Below, in pieces: positions 37,344 to 51,247 of a stretch of DNA of 64,000 bases (positions are counted from its first letter, which is position 1; each line of letters begins with the position of its first letter). Position numbers and translations under genes: made by a program. The notes below the pieces were generated by a model. The model was not told where the DNA came from. It saw only the letters and a program-made list of their open reading frames with translations, and made no database searches. This stretch comes from Octopus vulgaris (lineage: Eukaryota). The stretch is taken from the NCBI GenBank assembly GCA_951406725.2, contig OX597815.1, positions 133,858,001 through 133,922,000 on the forward strand, read 5' to 3'.

Positions 37344-40301
37344 TAGATGTTTGGTTGTCAATAAAGCCATCATCATTGTTGTTATCATTTAATGTGTGAC
37401 TTTCAGTCAGGCATGAGTTGGGCATTTTGACAGGATCCTACAATCCAGACGATTGTGTCAAACTCTAATGTCTGCTTTCCATATGGAACATAAATAGTTG
37501 ATGGCGAGCCTCAGCATATAAGGATTTCTATGAGCATAACTCACACAGCTGAGGAGAAGAAACAATCTAATCAACTCCAGTACTTGACTGGTGCTTACTA
37601 TGTCAGTCCCTTCCCAACCACATAGTTCTGGGTTCAGTCCCACAGTGTGGCACCTTGGGCAAGTGTCTTCTACTATAGCCTCAAGCCAACCAGAGCCTTA
37701 TGAGTGGATTTGGTCTGTGGAAACTGAAAGCCTGTTGTATGTGTGTGTATGTGTTTGTGTGCGTCTTTGTGCTTGTCCCCCACCACTTCTTGACAACTGG
37801 TGTTGGTTTGTTTATGTCCCCATATCTTAGTGGTTTGGCAAAAAGAGTTCAATGGAATAAGAATAATTACCAGGCTTTAAAAAAAGGGAAAAAAAGTACT
37901 GAAGTCAATTCATTTAACTAAAAGTTTTTCATGGCAGTGCCCCAGCATGACCACAATTTAATGACTGGAACAGATGTATGATAAAAGATAGTGTGCTTTG
38001 AACTCTGGATGTAAAAGGGTGTAACAAAATACTACTAAACATTAAGTCCAATACTCCATTGGTTCTGCCAATCCAATGCCTGACCTCTGTGAACAGTGAA
38101 CATTCCATCTTACACTCCAGATGGAATATATTAATCAAATACGATCATTTAAATATTGATTACTTTTGATTTAGCACAAGGGTAATTTTTGCAATTCTGA
38201 TTATTTGTTTCATTGGCCCCAGAGAGATTAAAAGCTGAATGTAATTAAATTCAGAATGTAGCACTACCAGACTAAAAATCTGTTAAGCCATTTAAAGCAA
38301 ATTATATCTTGCTTGAGTATTAACCATTTTTGGCTTTTTTTTTTTTTCGTCAGAAGTGAATAATATGGGGTGAGGGCAAACCCAGAAACAGATTATGTGT
38401 ATTAATATTATTGCTGTTGTTGCTGTTGTTAAATAGGGTAGTGGATTGGCAGAATTGTTGGAGAATCATACTAATTGCCTTGCACTATTTAGTTATAGAG
38501 CTTTATACTCTGGGTTCAAATCCCACTGAGGTCAACTTTGCCAAACAATCTTTTCGGGGTTGATAAAATACAAAAACTAGTTAAAAACTGGGAGATCAAT
38601 ACAGTTGACTGTTCCTTACTTCTAAATATGAGGCAATCAGTATTATTATTAAGGTGGTGACCTGATAGAATCATGAACATGCTGGGAAAAATATCTAGAT
38701 GCATTTTGTCCATCTTTACGTCCTGAGTTCAAATTCCGCCAAGGTCAACTTTGCTTTCAGTCATTTCGGGGCTGATGAAATAAGTACCTGTTGATCACTG
38801 AGGTCGATATGAGCCTCTGAAATTGCTGGCCTTGTCCCAAAAATTTGAAACCATTATTAATATTATGGCATTGAGCTGGCAGAATCATCAACATGTTGAG
38901 CAAAATGCTTAGTGGAATTTTGTCTGTCTCAGTATTCCGAGTTCAAATTTCACTAGGTTGATTTTGCCTTTCATCCTTTTGAGGTTGATGAAAGATGTTG
39001 AGCATTAGGGATGATGTATCAATTTGACCCCTACTCTAAAAATTTTCACTTTTTGTACCTATAATAGAAAGGATTATTATTATTATTATTATCATCATCA
39101 TTATTATTATTATCATTATTATTATTATTATTGTTATTATCATCATCAGCTAGATGAAATAAAAGGGACTGGTATATGAGTACTCTACTCATGCAAGGTA
39201 TAAATAATGGTAATGACAACTATAACTGTTTAAGTTTGTTAGGGATCTGTGGTAGCAATTGAGTGCTACTAATGCAATTGAGTACTACACAGAAATACAC
39301 TGTCTGGTAACAGAGAGAAGATGTTTAAAATATCTCAATTACATATTATCAAAATTGCTACTAAAGCTATGAAAATACATTTATTTCACTATATCAATGT
39401 TAACATACATCCAAAATGCTGCGTCTACAATTGTTTATATATGAAGTATATGTAGTGGATATTATCATGGATTTAGAAATAACATCACTGCTATTTCTTC
39501 TACTGCTGCTTCTTTGACAAACATCAATATCTTGCCCAGATTATTGTTGTTGTTGTTCACTTAGCCTTGATTTCACATTGATGTTATTTCACTTCATTCA
39601 TGTTGCTAATGCCCTTGGGGAAAAAAATAACCATCTCAGAAATTTCTTGTCTTCCTCCACTCCCCATTAAATTTCCAGAATCTGATACCTTTGTAAGAAT
39701 GAAATTTCAAAGATTATACTTATGTCACCTGATGTTTCATGTTCTTTGATGTGATTGGAAAGATAAAGTGGGTAATATATATTTGTATGTCTGAATTGTT
39801 ATATGTATATGTGAGTGAATGAAATGACTTGGAGCTTGGTTGATTTTATTTGTTCTACCAATCCACTGGTATATTCTGAGTCATTATCATATGAGGTTTG
39901 AATAATTTTCATTGAGTTTCATATTTCTTTCTACTATATCACAGCATATTTGCAAATATGAAGATCCTGTGTTGCTTTATTTAGACTTATACTTTACAAC
40001 TATGATAACCAACATTAGCTTGCTATCTCAACCAGGTACACCAGAGTGGTAGACTTAAACTAGCTACATCTATGTCTTGGTGGGATAGACTTAATTCATG
40101 GCCTGGTTTAACACCACCACCTAGCTCTTGAGTACCTTTAGCAGAATCTATACTGTTGCAAACATTTGGAGACTTGGGCAAGTTCTCTGGATGGACTGAA
40201 GATAACTTTCTCTCTTCTTGCTACTAGTCTTGGAGGTTCTGATAAATCATGGATCCTAGTCAACCTTCTGATTAAATATGTGTATATATGGATGTGTATA
40301 T

Positions 40302-40356
<55 letters not shown>

Positions 40357-40542
40357 TTCATAAGAATATAGAAACTTTAAGAGATGTGAAATAAATCATT
40401 TTTGATGGGAGAATTTGAAGCAGATAAAGCTAGATATCAATTAAATATTAGGCTAAAAAGCCCTTTGGATGGAAAAAATTAAAGGCTGAAGAAAAATCCC
40501 TAGGGCAGATTGACTTTTTCCATTCAGTGTTTTACTCCATGT

Positions 40543-40754
40543 TTAACCCTTTAGTGTTTAAACCGGCCATATCCGGCCCAAATATTCTACATGTTTTATA
40601 TTCAAACTGGCCATATCCAGCCTCTTACACCTAACCTATATTGACATTCTAAAAATAGACAATCACATCATTGAAACCTCAAAGCTATAATTCAAAACAA
40701 TTTGAGTGAAAAAGTATTACATTTAACAGAGTAATCTGAATACTAAAGGGTTAA
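40543..40754 (-). mobile_element. piggyBac-type MITE
   Basis: TTAA-CCCTTTAGT ... ACTAAAGGG-TTAA; reverse-complement homologue of 7785-8014. Confidence 0.88.
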
Positions 40755-41734
40755 ATGTTATTATTTATAGCTTTATCTACTTTGAGCTCAGCCTTTAAAA
40801 GCCATATATATATATATATATATATACTACAAATTCCAGGTTGCCCACAACTGCTTTACACAATCACTTAACATGCTAGAAATAACAGCCAAATTCCCTC
40901 AAATTGTACCTTATCATAGAAGAAAGACACATTTGCCAAAAAAGAAAGTTTGGTCATGACTGGAATACCTTTAATCATGGGCCTGCACAGTTAGGGGTAA
41001 CCTCATGGTTGACTACAACATCAGAAGTTAAGACAAGAAATCCATTTTGGTTACTGATAAGAAACAGTAATCATAATAGACTACATCCAACTGCACACAT
41101 CTGTCACAGCATGTTATCAAATCTGAAGGTTCTATGTGGCTTCATTCCAGACTGTCATTTTAGTGCTGGTATAGTAAATATGCCAACCAACTTCAACATG
41201 CAACATAACTAGTTACATCACAGAATCCTTTTAGTCAACTTTTGACACTTTACATAACGCTATCTCGTATACTTATGTTTATCCTTGTTTGATTTTTATT
41301 TATTTTTAATTAGATATCCTCCTTTGAAAAGTTTCCATCCTGTTTATTTAACTATCTCATGTGATGGATCATGTACATATACATCAAAATTCAGGCACAT
41401 TTGTGTTTCTTACATGCACAACACACACACACACACACACACTCACACAGATCCTGTGTGCATGTATGTATGCATGCATGCTTGCATGTGGGTACATTTG
41501 CACTTACAGGATTCTCTGTCTGCATGTAGTTTTATGCATTAGGTTCTTTAATGGACGAGAGGAACTACAGAATTTTGTCCATACATGTCATTTTGATATG
41601 TTCATACATAGTTTGATATGTCCACAAGCATCAGTGGCTTAGCTAGGTGGCTTATATACCTTGTGCTATACAAGTTAATAATACAAACAAGGTTTCATTG
41701 CAAAGTGTTCAACATTATTATCTTTCTGTAACAA

Positions 41735-41950
41735 TGTTTCTAATTTAGGCACAAAGCCAGCAATTTGAGAGATGAGATAGTATATATAAAGGGTAACGAC
41801 TTCCTTCGGTCATGAATGACCATGGTATTGCACCTAGAAAGTTGTTTCTAATTTAGGCACAAAGCCAGCAATTTGAGAGATGAGATAGTATATATAAAGG
41901 GTAACGACTTCCTTCGGTCATGAATGACCATGGTATTGCACCTAGAAAGT
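41735..41950. repeat. Exact 108-bp tandem duplication
   Basis: 41735-41842 and 41843-41950 read identical. Confidence 0.92.
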
Positions 41951-42015
41951 TCCCCTCCAAGACTCAAATCCAGGCAAGATTGTTTATTGAAGAGCAGTAG
42001 TAACCCATGCATACC

Positions 42016-42230
42016 TGTTTCTTTATTACCCACAAGAGGCTAAATATAGAGAGGACAGACAAGGACAGACAAACGGATTGTCGATTACATCGACCAAGTG
42101 CGTAACTGGTATTTAATTTATCGACCCCAAAGGGATGAAAGGCAAAGTCGACCTTGGCGGAATTTGAACTCAGAACGTAACGGCAGACGAAATACCGCTG
42201 AGCGTTTCGCCCGTCATGCTAACGTTTCTG
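42016..42230 (-). mobile_element. Young SINE family A copy nested in a family D SINE
   Basis: CpG-rich; 11-bp TSD CCATGCATACC (42005-42015 / 42231-42241); the host is colinear on both sides. Confidence 0.92.
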
Positions 42231-43980
42231 CCATGCATACCAGCTTCGTCTCTCCATGCCATCGATTTTATCCAAGGGAAAGGTGAAGGCTGATACAGCT
42301 TGGCACCAGTGACGTCACAACTCATTTCTACAGCTGAGTTAACTGGAGCGGCATGAAATAAAGTGTCTTGCTCAGGAATACAACACACAGCCTGATACTA
42401 TACTATACTGTACTCCTTGTACTTGACTGGTACTTTACAATATCAAGCCTGGAGTAATGAAAGGTATTGTTGTCAATGATGCTCTCTATATTTTTCCCTT
42501 TAAATATTTCGTTATTTTCACAGCAGCAAGCTGGCAGAATCATTGCTGTTAGAAAATGCCTTGCTTCATTTACTCCATAACATTACATACTGTGTTCAAA
42601 CATCACTTAGGTTAACTTTGCCTTTCATCCTTTCAGAGTTGATACAATAAAATACCAATCAAATATTGGAATTAACTAACTCCCCTCCTTCAAAATTTCT
42701 GGCCTTGTGCCTATATCAGAAACCATTATTTTTATATTCATTTACATTGTGAAGATAGGCTACCAATGTAGAGTTTTATGGACCTTAGTGAGATGTTAAT
42801 GTGAGTGTTGGAGCTATTGTTCTTTTCTTGAGTTTTCTCTTGTGAAGCAGTTCTTGAAAGCATTATAGCATTTCATCTTTACTTTAACACTTTTGGATAA
42901 CAAACCCATGCAAAACCACTCTTGTATCTATGTAACAGACTTCTTATTTTAAAGTCATTTGAATAAAAATAAATAAAACCCTTCATCAAAATTTCATGTT
43001 TTTAATACCCAGGCCAGATCCCAAACCTGCATTTTATTTAGGGGACTGCACCAAAAAAAGTAAGACACAAGTTAAAGAAAATTTTATATTTAAAGAGGCA
43101 AGACTGTCGAGGGCCACTGGAAGGCTGTTTGAGGGTTGCATGAGGCCCTGAAACCCACAGTTGAGAACCATTGTTGTAAATCCATTGCATATAAATTGCT
43201 TAACTAATCCTTGAAAACTCTTTCAGAGGAAAGAAGTTTTTCCTCAGCTGCATATTTACACCATTACAACTTTGCTTAATTGAACAGTTTGACAATGTTT
43301 ACGATGTCCAATTCTTTTTCAAATTACTGTATTTATGGCCATTGATTTTTCCACTATTTTGTTTTTGCCATGTAACTCTGCTTCATCGATATTCTGGTCT
43401 TTCTGAATAGTCTGGTGGATTATCTTAATGTTTTCTTTACAAATTTCTCATATATAGAGGAGGCAACAGGTCTTTAAATTCAATGTTATTTCTTGATCTA
43501 ATAGTTAATGATATTAATGAAGTAATGTTGGGCTGTTAGTAAACAAACTTTATTGATTCAAATTGTGCCTTGATTATCAGAGTAGTCTATAATATTATCA
43601 AACAACATGATCATTTTGGTTCAATGATGCATTTCTCACATAACATTTGAAGCACACCAATTTTGGAAAAATATCCAAGATCACTCAAGTTTGCTTGTTT
43701 GATTTCTAAATCACTGTTTGATTCGATTTATACATTTAATTCACTGAGATATACCAGAATTGGTTTTGATTTATAATTGCTTTTAACATGGCTTCCTAGC
43801 AAGGCAACCCAAACTGGACATGTGCAGCCATCAATTCAGATGTATTTTCCATCGAGTGAGATAACAAGCAGGAGAATGTAGTCTTTTGGGGAACAAATAG
43901 TGAAAATCAAGACTCTTTGTTATTCATATTGAAGACAAGTTTGCTCTGCAACATACTGTAACTAAATGTTAGTAGCAATG

Positions 43981-44232
43981 TGGAGGTGCATGGCTTAGTG
44001 GTTAGAGTATTGGACTCATGATCATAAGATTGTGGTTTCGATTCCTGGACCAGGCAGTGTGTTGTGTTCTTGAGCAAAACACTTTATTTCACATTGCTCC
44101 AGTCCACTCAGCTGGCAAAAATGAGTAATCCTGCAGCAGACCAGCATCCCATCCAGGTGCAGAATATAGACACTATGAAACTGGGAAACCAGCCCTTGTG
44201 AGTCAGCATGATTCAAGAAGGTAACTTTACCT
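43981..44232 (+). mobile_element. tRNA-derived SINE family D
   Basis: TGGCTTAGTGG A-box, GTTTCGATTCC B-box, body TTCTTGAGCAAAACACTTTATTTCAC, tail GAAACTGGGAAACCAGCCC. Confidence 0.87.
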
Positions 44233-44530
44233 TATCTTTTTGCCATATGTGTGAAGTTGAGAAATTTGCTTTACAGTTCTATGGTTCTACTTTCAATCTC
44301 ATTCTGTGATACTTTGAACAAATGTGTTCTACCATAACTTCAGGTTCATTCAAGCCTTACAAATGAATTAAGTAGACTGAAACTGCACAAGACCTAATTT
44401 GTTTCTGGCCCTAGGATAATCAATATGTTATGGTGTTTTGTTTTCTTTCCTCCACAAGTCTCAGAGGGTCTGAAAAATTCCATAGACTATATCCTTTCTT
44501 TTTGACCAAACCATAAACAAAATGCTCTAA

Positions 44531-44684
44531 TGTGCAGGTGTGGTAAGTAGCCTGCTTACCAACCACATGGTTCCGGGTTCATTCCCACTGCATGGCACCT
44601 TGGGCAAGTGTCTTCTACTATAGCCTTGGATCGACCAAAGCCTTGTGAGTGGATTTGGTAGATGGAAAATGAAGGAAATCCATC

Positions 44685-44762
<78 letters not shown>

Positions 44763-44974
44763 GTTTGTGTGTCTGTATTTGTCCCCCCACCATCACTTGA
44801 TAACAGATGGTGGTGTGTTTACATCCCTGTAACTTAGCAGTTTAGCAAAAGAGACCGATAGAATAAGTACCAAGCTTACAAAGAATAAGACCTGGGGTTG
44901 ATTTGCTCGACTAAAGGCAATGCTCCAGCATGGCCACAGTTAAATGACTGAAACAAGTAAAAGAGAGTAAGAGT
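44531..44974 (+). mobile_element. SINE family B, near full length
   Basis: Head, (TA/TG)n middle and tail; flanking AATGCTCTAA / AATGCTATAA repeat. Confidence 0.9.
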
Positions 44975-45299
44975 AATGCTATAACAGTGTGAAACAAAAA
45001 GGCATTAATTAGAATATTTGTATATTTATTATATCAATAATGTAGAGGCAAAAGCAAGAGTAACCCCAGATGAGATTTGAACTTGTACCCAAAAGGAAGA
45101 AAACTAAGTACATTTAATTTCTACCATCTCTATTATTAATGTAGCAGGGTAAACTGTAGACCTCATGGAGAGTGCCTGCTATGAACCCCATTACTGTAAA
45201 CCTATTGGTTTTATATTACATCTATTTGTTAAGTTAGTCTCAAGGCACATATCTTTGTATTAGTTGAATTATTTTCAGGCTTTTTCCATCTTGTAAATT

Positions 45300-45860
45300 G
45301 TAACATTGTTAATAAAAAATACTAGATGGCAGTTGGCATTGAACTTAATCTCCAATTCCAGCACTTCAATATTTCAATACGAATATCATATTCTTTATTC
45401 CTATGCTAAAAATATATATTAGTTTTATTTTTTATAAACTGACATGGATGAAATTTCTCCACTGGAATGTTTGTATAATTTACTCTAAACTTCTACTTTG
45501 TACCAAACAAGTCAGCAAAAAGTTTAAATGTTTGAACTGTTTCAATGAAAACTGAACTTGTTCTTTGGAAGTAGTTTTTCTTTTTTCAATATTCCTTCCA
45601 AACTGTCCTTGTATTGCCTGGAATGAAGCCAGTAGCAGCCATTTTAAAATGCTAAATGTTCATATTGTCAGACATGTTGACTCCATACTATCCAAAGTTC
45701 ATTCAAAGGGTTTATTGATTAAAAAGGAAAAAAAAAAAAAGACAAGCAATGATATAAACAACAGAAAACAGGTAGGAAACTCTTAATTTGTTCCACCATG
45801 ATTTTAGTTCTTTCAAATCTTATAAAGGAAATTACATGACCATTCTTCTTATAGCAGATG
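45300..45860 (-). mobile_element. Possible decayed MULE transposase remnant
   Basis: Across frameshifts on the minus strand, in MULE order: NHG..FPTCFLL, MNF (cf. xDFE), NGCYWLH/FQAI (cf. GCxFHxxQA), LKQFKHLNFL, CWNWRL. Confidence 0.35.
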
Positions 45861-47329
45861 ATTTGTGAGATATTGACACTGCAATGCAGACCCAGCTGAC
45901 TTGTGCCAGTGCAGAAAAGGAGATAATAATTTGATGCTAATCACAGCAGTAGTAATGGTGTAATGGTTGGTTGTGTTGCAGAAGATATTCAATTTTCTAC
46001 TTTTAAATTATGCTTGAAACCTGTTGAAGCTTGAATGTAAATAGGACAGAAAAACTGTATTTCTTTTATATAAGATTTGTTCTTCTATCTTATGGTGATT
46101 CTTTCTTGATGTTGAGCCCAAATTATTTGTGGTCTGGTTTAATTGAGATTTACACAGCACAGGTTGATTCATTAAATAAATAATAGAAGGACTTTACTCT
46201 TACACTATGAAACTAATGGTTTTATGGATAAGTTGTTCATGTGATATATGCATTATGTGTTGTATTGTGCTGCCTCCCAGTACTTATTTATTAAGTCTAG
46301 TACTTGCTCTGTCAATATCTTGTACCAAATTACTTAATGACAGGGGTGTAAACAAACCAGCACCAGTTATCCAGGAGTGATATAAGACACACACACATAC
46401 ACACAGTTTTTTATCTACCAAATTTACTCACAAGCCATTGTTTGGCCCAGGGTTATAACAGAAGGCACTTGCCCAAGGTACTGCACAGTGGAACTGAACC
46501 CAAAACTATATTGACTGCAATGTGAGCTCCTTAAGCACACAGCCATGCCTGCACCTATATTTATTACAATATTCTCAAGGCATTTTAAGGTTTCACATAA
46601 TATTTACTGCCTTTTATTTTTCTCACAGTATTTACTCTAAGGTCTGTTGACTAATTAAGAGTCCTATATCATCTACTTAAGAATCCCTTAATCATTACAT
46701 CCTACAGTCTGTTCCTTTGAGAAGCACTCAGAGTAGTTTTTCTGAAGGTAATTAGTATTAATTAGGAAACCTTTACAATATCTGGGAATTGTCTATATGA
46801 TTAGAACTAAAAGATGTTTATCAATAGAACTCTGCTATTGGGCACAGCGACAATTAAATACATATACAATAAGAGGAACTAAACAATTGATCAGTATGGG
46901 AACTAGGATGTAAAATTGAGTATGGCAGTATGAGGAATAAGATAAAGGGATGATATACAACAACAGTGTGTGGTTAATATTTCTCATGTTAGTATTTACT
47001 TATTGTTGCTGTTGTTGTTATTATTATTAAGATGGCAAGCTGACAGAATTGTTAGCTTGTCAGTCAAAATGTTTCACAACATTTCATCTGGCTTTACACT
47101 CTGATTTCAAATTCCTCAGAGATTGACTTTGCCTTTCCTCCTTTTGGGGAATGATAAAATAAATATTGAGTATTGGAGTTGATGTTATCAAACTAGTCCC
47201 CTTCCCCTAGAATGTTTCTGACTTTTTACATTCTGAGTTCAAATTCTGTACTGGTCAATTTTGCCTTGGGGTCAGCATTATTGACTTCCTCTTCTCCTCA
47301 AAATTTCTAGCCTTTTGCCAAAATTTAGA

Positions 47330-47364
<35 letters not shown>

Positions 47365-47371
<7 letters not shown>

Positions 47372-47460
47372 TAAAAGGCAAGTTGTCTGTGTGTTGTGTG
47401 AACCACTTCTACTCTTATAATTTTCAACCGAATTTCACCAAATTTGACATGTGTGCTCTC
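47365..47460 (+). mobile_element. Possible Helitron-like 5' end
   Basis: TATATTAAAAGGCAAGTTGTCTGTGTG...CAACCGAATTTCACCAAATTTG resembles the 5' end of 35004-35202 and of Helitron-type elements; no 3' end found. Confidence 0.4.
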
Positions 47461-48228
47461 TTTGACTTAGAACGTGTTTTCTTATAATTTTTTTCCTCGA
47501 ACCTCTCCCCCCCCCCCCCAACATAGACTACTTTCAATTCGCCTAGGATTTGAACCCACCACATCTATGCAACGGTACGCATACACTTTTCGGTACTTCT
47601 CTGGGGTTGATAAAATCATTAGAGCTGCAGGCAAAAATATCTTGCAATAACTGTACCAGAGTTTTACCCTTGCCCAATATGCTGCACAGTGGGACTGAAC
47701 TTGAGACCATGTGGTTGTGATACAAACTTCTCAACCACACAGCTATGCATGCCCTTACTATTTCCAAATTTTCTCAATTTCTGAATATTGTATTTTATCA
47801 GTTTCCTCTACTTCTTCATACTGGTGTAATTCTGTGAATTCAGTGCCTTTAAAGTGACCATATCTAGCCCAAATTTTCTACCTGGTTTATGTTCATACTG
47901 ATTAGATCCAGCTTATCACACTTACCATACAATGTTATTCTAAAAATGAGCAATTATATCATTGAAATCCAAGGTATGAGATAATGCATGATTAATTCAA
48001 CATTGTCTAATTAAATAAATATTACAAAGGACTGAATAATTTGAATGCCAAAGGATTAATATTCTCAGTTTTAATTTATTTCGCTTCTTCATATAGTAAC
48101 TTTGGTACATTTGTCTCATCCCGTACTCATTTTTATATCTTGGCAGAATTTATAAGCAGTTTTCTTGTAGTTTTTCCTTGGAAATAATTTCAAGTCATGC
48201 ATGTCGAGGAAGTGGTTTATAGTTAAAG

Positions 48229-48340
48229 ATGACTTGTTACTCGTGTGAACCCGAGAACCTTAGCAAGTCTGTCAAGGCTAGAGGCTCTTCTACATGTACA
48301 CTTCAAGAACACACATGAAACTGTCCAAGCTATTAAAAGG
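48229..48340 (+). pseudogene. RPL17: 60S ribosomal protein L17 (uL22) N-terminal pseudogene fragment
   Basis: MTCYSCEPENLSKSVKARGS-[frameshift at 48289]-LHVHFKNTHETVQAIKR versus animal L17 [37 protein letters not shown]; R>C and R>H changes fit CpG decay. Confidence 0.93.
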
Positions 48341-49090
48341 TTTATAGTTTACCCATAGCATCTGTAACCAATGGTAGTGTTGTTCAATAGGTCTTTTTTT
48401 TTGTCAATGGAGGCAGGGCTAGGCAAAAAGTAGGTGGGAAGGGGAGATAATGAGTCCCCTGGGAAGATTCTTCTTCCTCTAAATATAGGGCTGGTTTTAA
48501 TTATCTTCTTTTTGCTTTGAAGTGATATTATTATTTACTATCTCGACATGGCATGGCTGATGTACTTCATTAGTCCTGGGGCTCCTTTATTTATGTAGAC
48601 AGAGTGTCATCAGCATTGAGGAGTGTGAAATACTATCAAAAGCCTTACAGTAATCAAACCAAGCCATGCTTAAATTTTTTTTTTTCATTGGCTGCCTTAA
48701 AAATAGCAAATTCAGTAGCCATTCTTTATGGTTATATATTTCTTTTCAGTTGTTTCTCTAGTCAAACATTATTGCTCTTGAGATAAGTAAACAGCCTGTT
48801 CCAAAGTAAAGATATAAGGGCTGGGGATGGTAGAATAATCCAAAGACTTTTGCATGGGGTTCACCTCAAATTATCCTAAGTGGCCGGGGGCCCCACTATT
48901 GGGGTTTCTATTTATTTATCTATTTATTATTTATTTCTCTAATTTCTATTTATATATCCTTTATTATATCTTTTAATGCTGAACTACCCACCTTTGATCA
49001 TTGTAAATCCCACCTGCTTTGTGTGTTGTATCTCATCCTTTGATATTGTCCCCCTCCCATGTCTTGTGCCATTGTGGCGAATAAAAGAGA

Positions 49091-49122
<32 letters not shown>

Positions 49123-49537
49123 GAGCTGGCACAGTCCTTAGCATGCCAGACAAAATGCTTAGTGGCATTTTGTCTGTCTTTACAATCTGAGTTCAAATTC
49201 CACCAAGGTTGATTTTTACCTTTCATCCTTTCAGGAGCTAAGAAATAAGTAACAGTTGCATACTGGAGTCAATGTAATCAACTAGCCCCCTTCCCCAAAA
49301 GTTTTAGGCTTTATGCCTATTGTTAAAAAAAGGAGCTGGCAGAATCATTAGCATGCCAGGCAAATGTGTAGTGGCATTTCATCTGTCTTTACATTCTGAG
49401 GTCAACTTTGCCTTTCATTCTTTCAGGGTCCATAAAAATAAGTACTAGCTGAGCATTGAGGTCACTGTAATCAACTAGTACCCTCCCTCAAAATTTCAGA
49501 CCTTGTGCCTAACTAGAAAGGATTATTATTATTATTA

Positions 49538-50092
49538 TTGAGTGAGAAAGTAGTGCATGCCATCAAAGTGACACTGGGGTAAAACATGAAGTCCAGTATA
49601 CCCATCATGACTACCCGTCTGACAAGGGTACACCAAGCACATGCATCACAGTCACATGTGCATGACACGGTGACCCTCATATCAAGATAAACAGTGCATG
49701 ACCTTGCAAGTGGAGCCCAGTTAGAATTTTCTTCAGGTCAAGTAGCCCATCCCACTCAAATGGTCCCTGAATAAGGGTTAAGGATGTTGAATGAAACACC
49801 CATGTCTCCAGAAGTGAATTATTCAAACCCCAAAGAATTCCTCTCAACACATGGCTATGATGTTTCCCCACTACTTCTGCTCATGATCAGAGACACACAA
49901 ATTGTCAGCCACCAAGAGACATGTTCAAATGGTTAAGATCAAACAAGTGACAAGCAAATCTGTGATATTGAGCAGAATATTTGCTGTAGCCCATCTTTTG
50001 TACCAAGACAAAACATGTACATGACAACACTTTCAATCATTTAAGATCAGAACCCATGAAAGCCACTGCCTGGCACTACATCAGGGCATTTA
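49538..50092. mobile_element. Unclassified ~550-bp probable interspersed element
   Basis: More GC-rich block between TTATT tracts, ending in hairpin GCCTGG-CACTACA-TCAGGGC-ATTT; single copy in this window. Confidence 0.4.
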
Positions 50093-50820
50093 TTGTTGTT
50101 GCTGCTGTTGTTGTTGTTGTTCAGGGCAAAATTCCTTGAGGTATCTACCTATGCCCTTCTTCTGAGGGTAATTTTGCCTTTCATTCTTTCAGGGTTGATA
50201 AAAAGGTAACAATCCATGGTAGTGTGTTTACAGAACTGTAAGAAAGTTGGACTAGATGCCTTGTGATATTTGTTGATGTTCTTTGTGTTCTGAGTTCAAA
50301 TCCCACCATAGTCTAGTTGGGTGATAGACTTAACCTGTTGTACAGTTTAACACTACCACTGGGCACCTTAGATATGTTTAGCATAGTCTGCTCTGTTATA
50401 TGATCTCCAGTTACATCTCCAGTTTGAGAATGCCTTCTTCCCCTCCCCACCAGTGTTGGAGATCCTTTAAAATGCCATGGGCACTGCCTTCCCTTCTAAC
50501 TAAAAGATAAAACTACAAACAAAAACAAAACAATAGCTATGACATTTTCTCTCTTCCCCTCTCTCTCTTCCCTTTCAGATGAAGAACAAAGAGCAGCAAT
50601 GTTAAATTCTTCACCCTTCACTGCAAATGAATAATCTTATTAATCTCTCCTATTGCAACACTTTAGATTTTGACTATTCTTTTAGTCTTTTACTTGTTCC
50701 ATTCAGTCATAGAACTTTGACTATGCTGGAGCACCACTGTATGGTTATAAACAATTATAGCTCACCCTGGTACTTTCGACTGGTACTTATTTCATTATGT
50801 ATAGAAGGACAGAAGTCTAT

Positions 50821-51218
50821 ACTCTTTACTCTTTTATTTGTTTCAGTCATTTGACTGCGGCCATGCTGGAGCACCACCTTTAATCGAGCAACTTGACCCC
50901 GGGACTTATTTTTTTGTAAGCCCAGTACTTATTCTATCGGTCTCTTTTGCCGAACCGCCAAGTAACGGGGACATAAACACACCAGCATCGGTTGTCAAGC
51001 AATGCTAGGGGGACAAACACACACATGCATATATATATATATATATACATATATATGACTAGCTTCTTTCAGTTTCCGCCTACCAAATCCACTCACAAGG
51101 CTTTGGTCGGCCCGAGGCTATAGTAGAAGACACTTGCCCAAGGTGCCACGCAATGGGACTGAACCCGGAACTATGTGGTTGGTAAACAAGCTACTTACCA
51201 CACAGCCACTCCTGCGCC
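50821..51218 (-). mobile_element. Young full-length SINE family B
   Basis: CpG-rich; minus-strand start GGCGCAGGAGTGGCTGTGTGGTAAG, B-box GGTTCAGTCCC, tail AAAAGAGTAAAGAGT. Confidence 0.93.
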
Positions 51219-51247
51219 TATATCAACTTTGACTGATATTTGAACTC

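Noticed and set aside
40046-40120. ~75-nt hairpin as ncRNA
   Set aside because: Related sequence at ~50310-50395 shows it belongs to an interspersed repeat.
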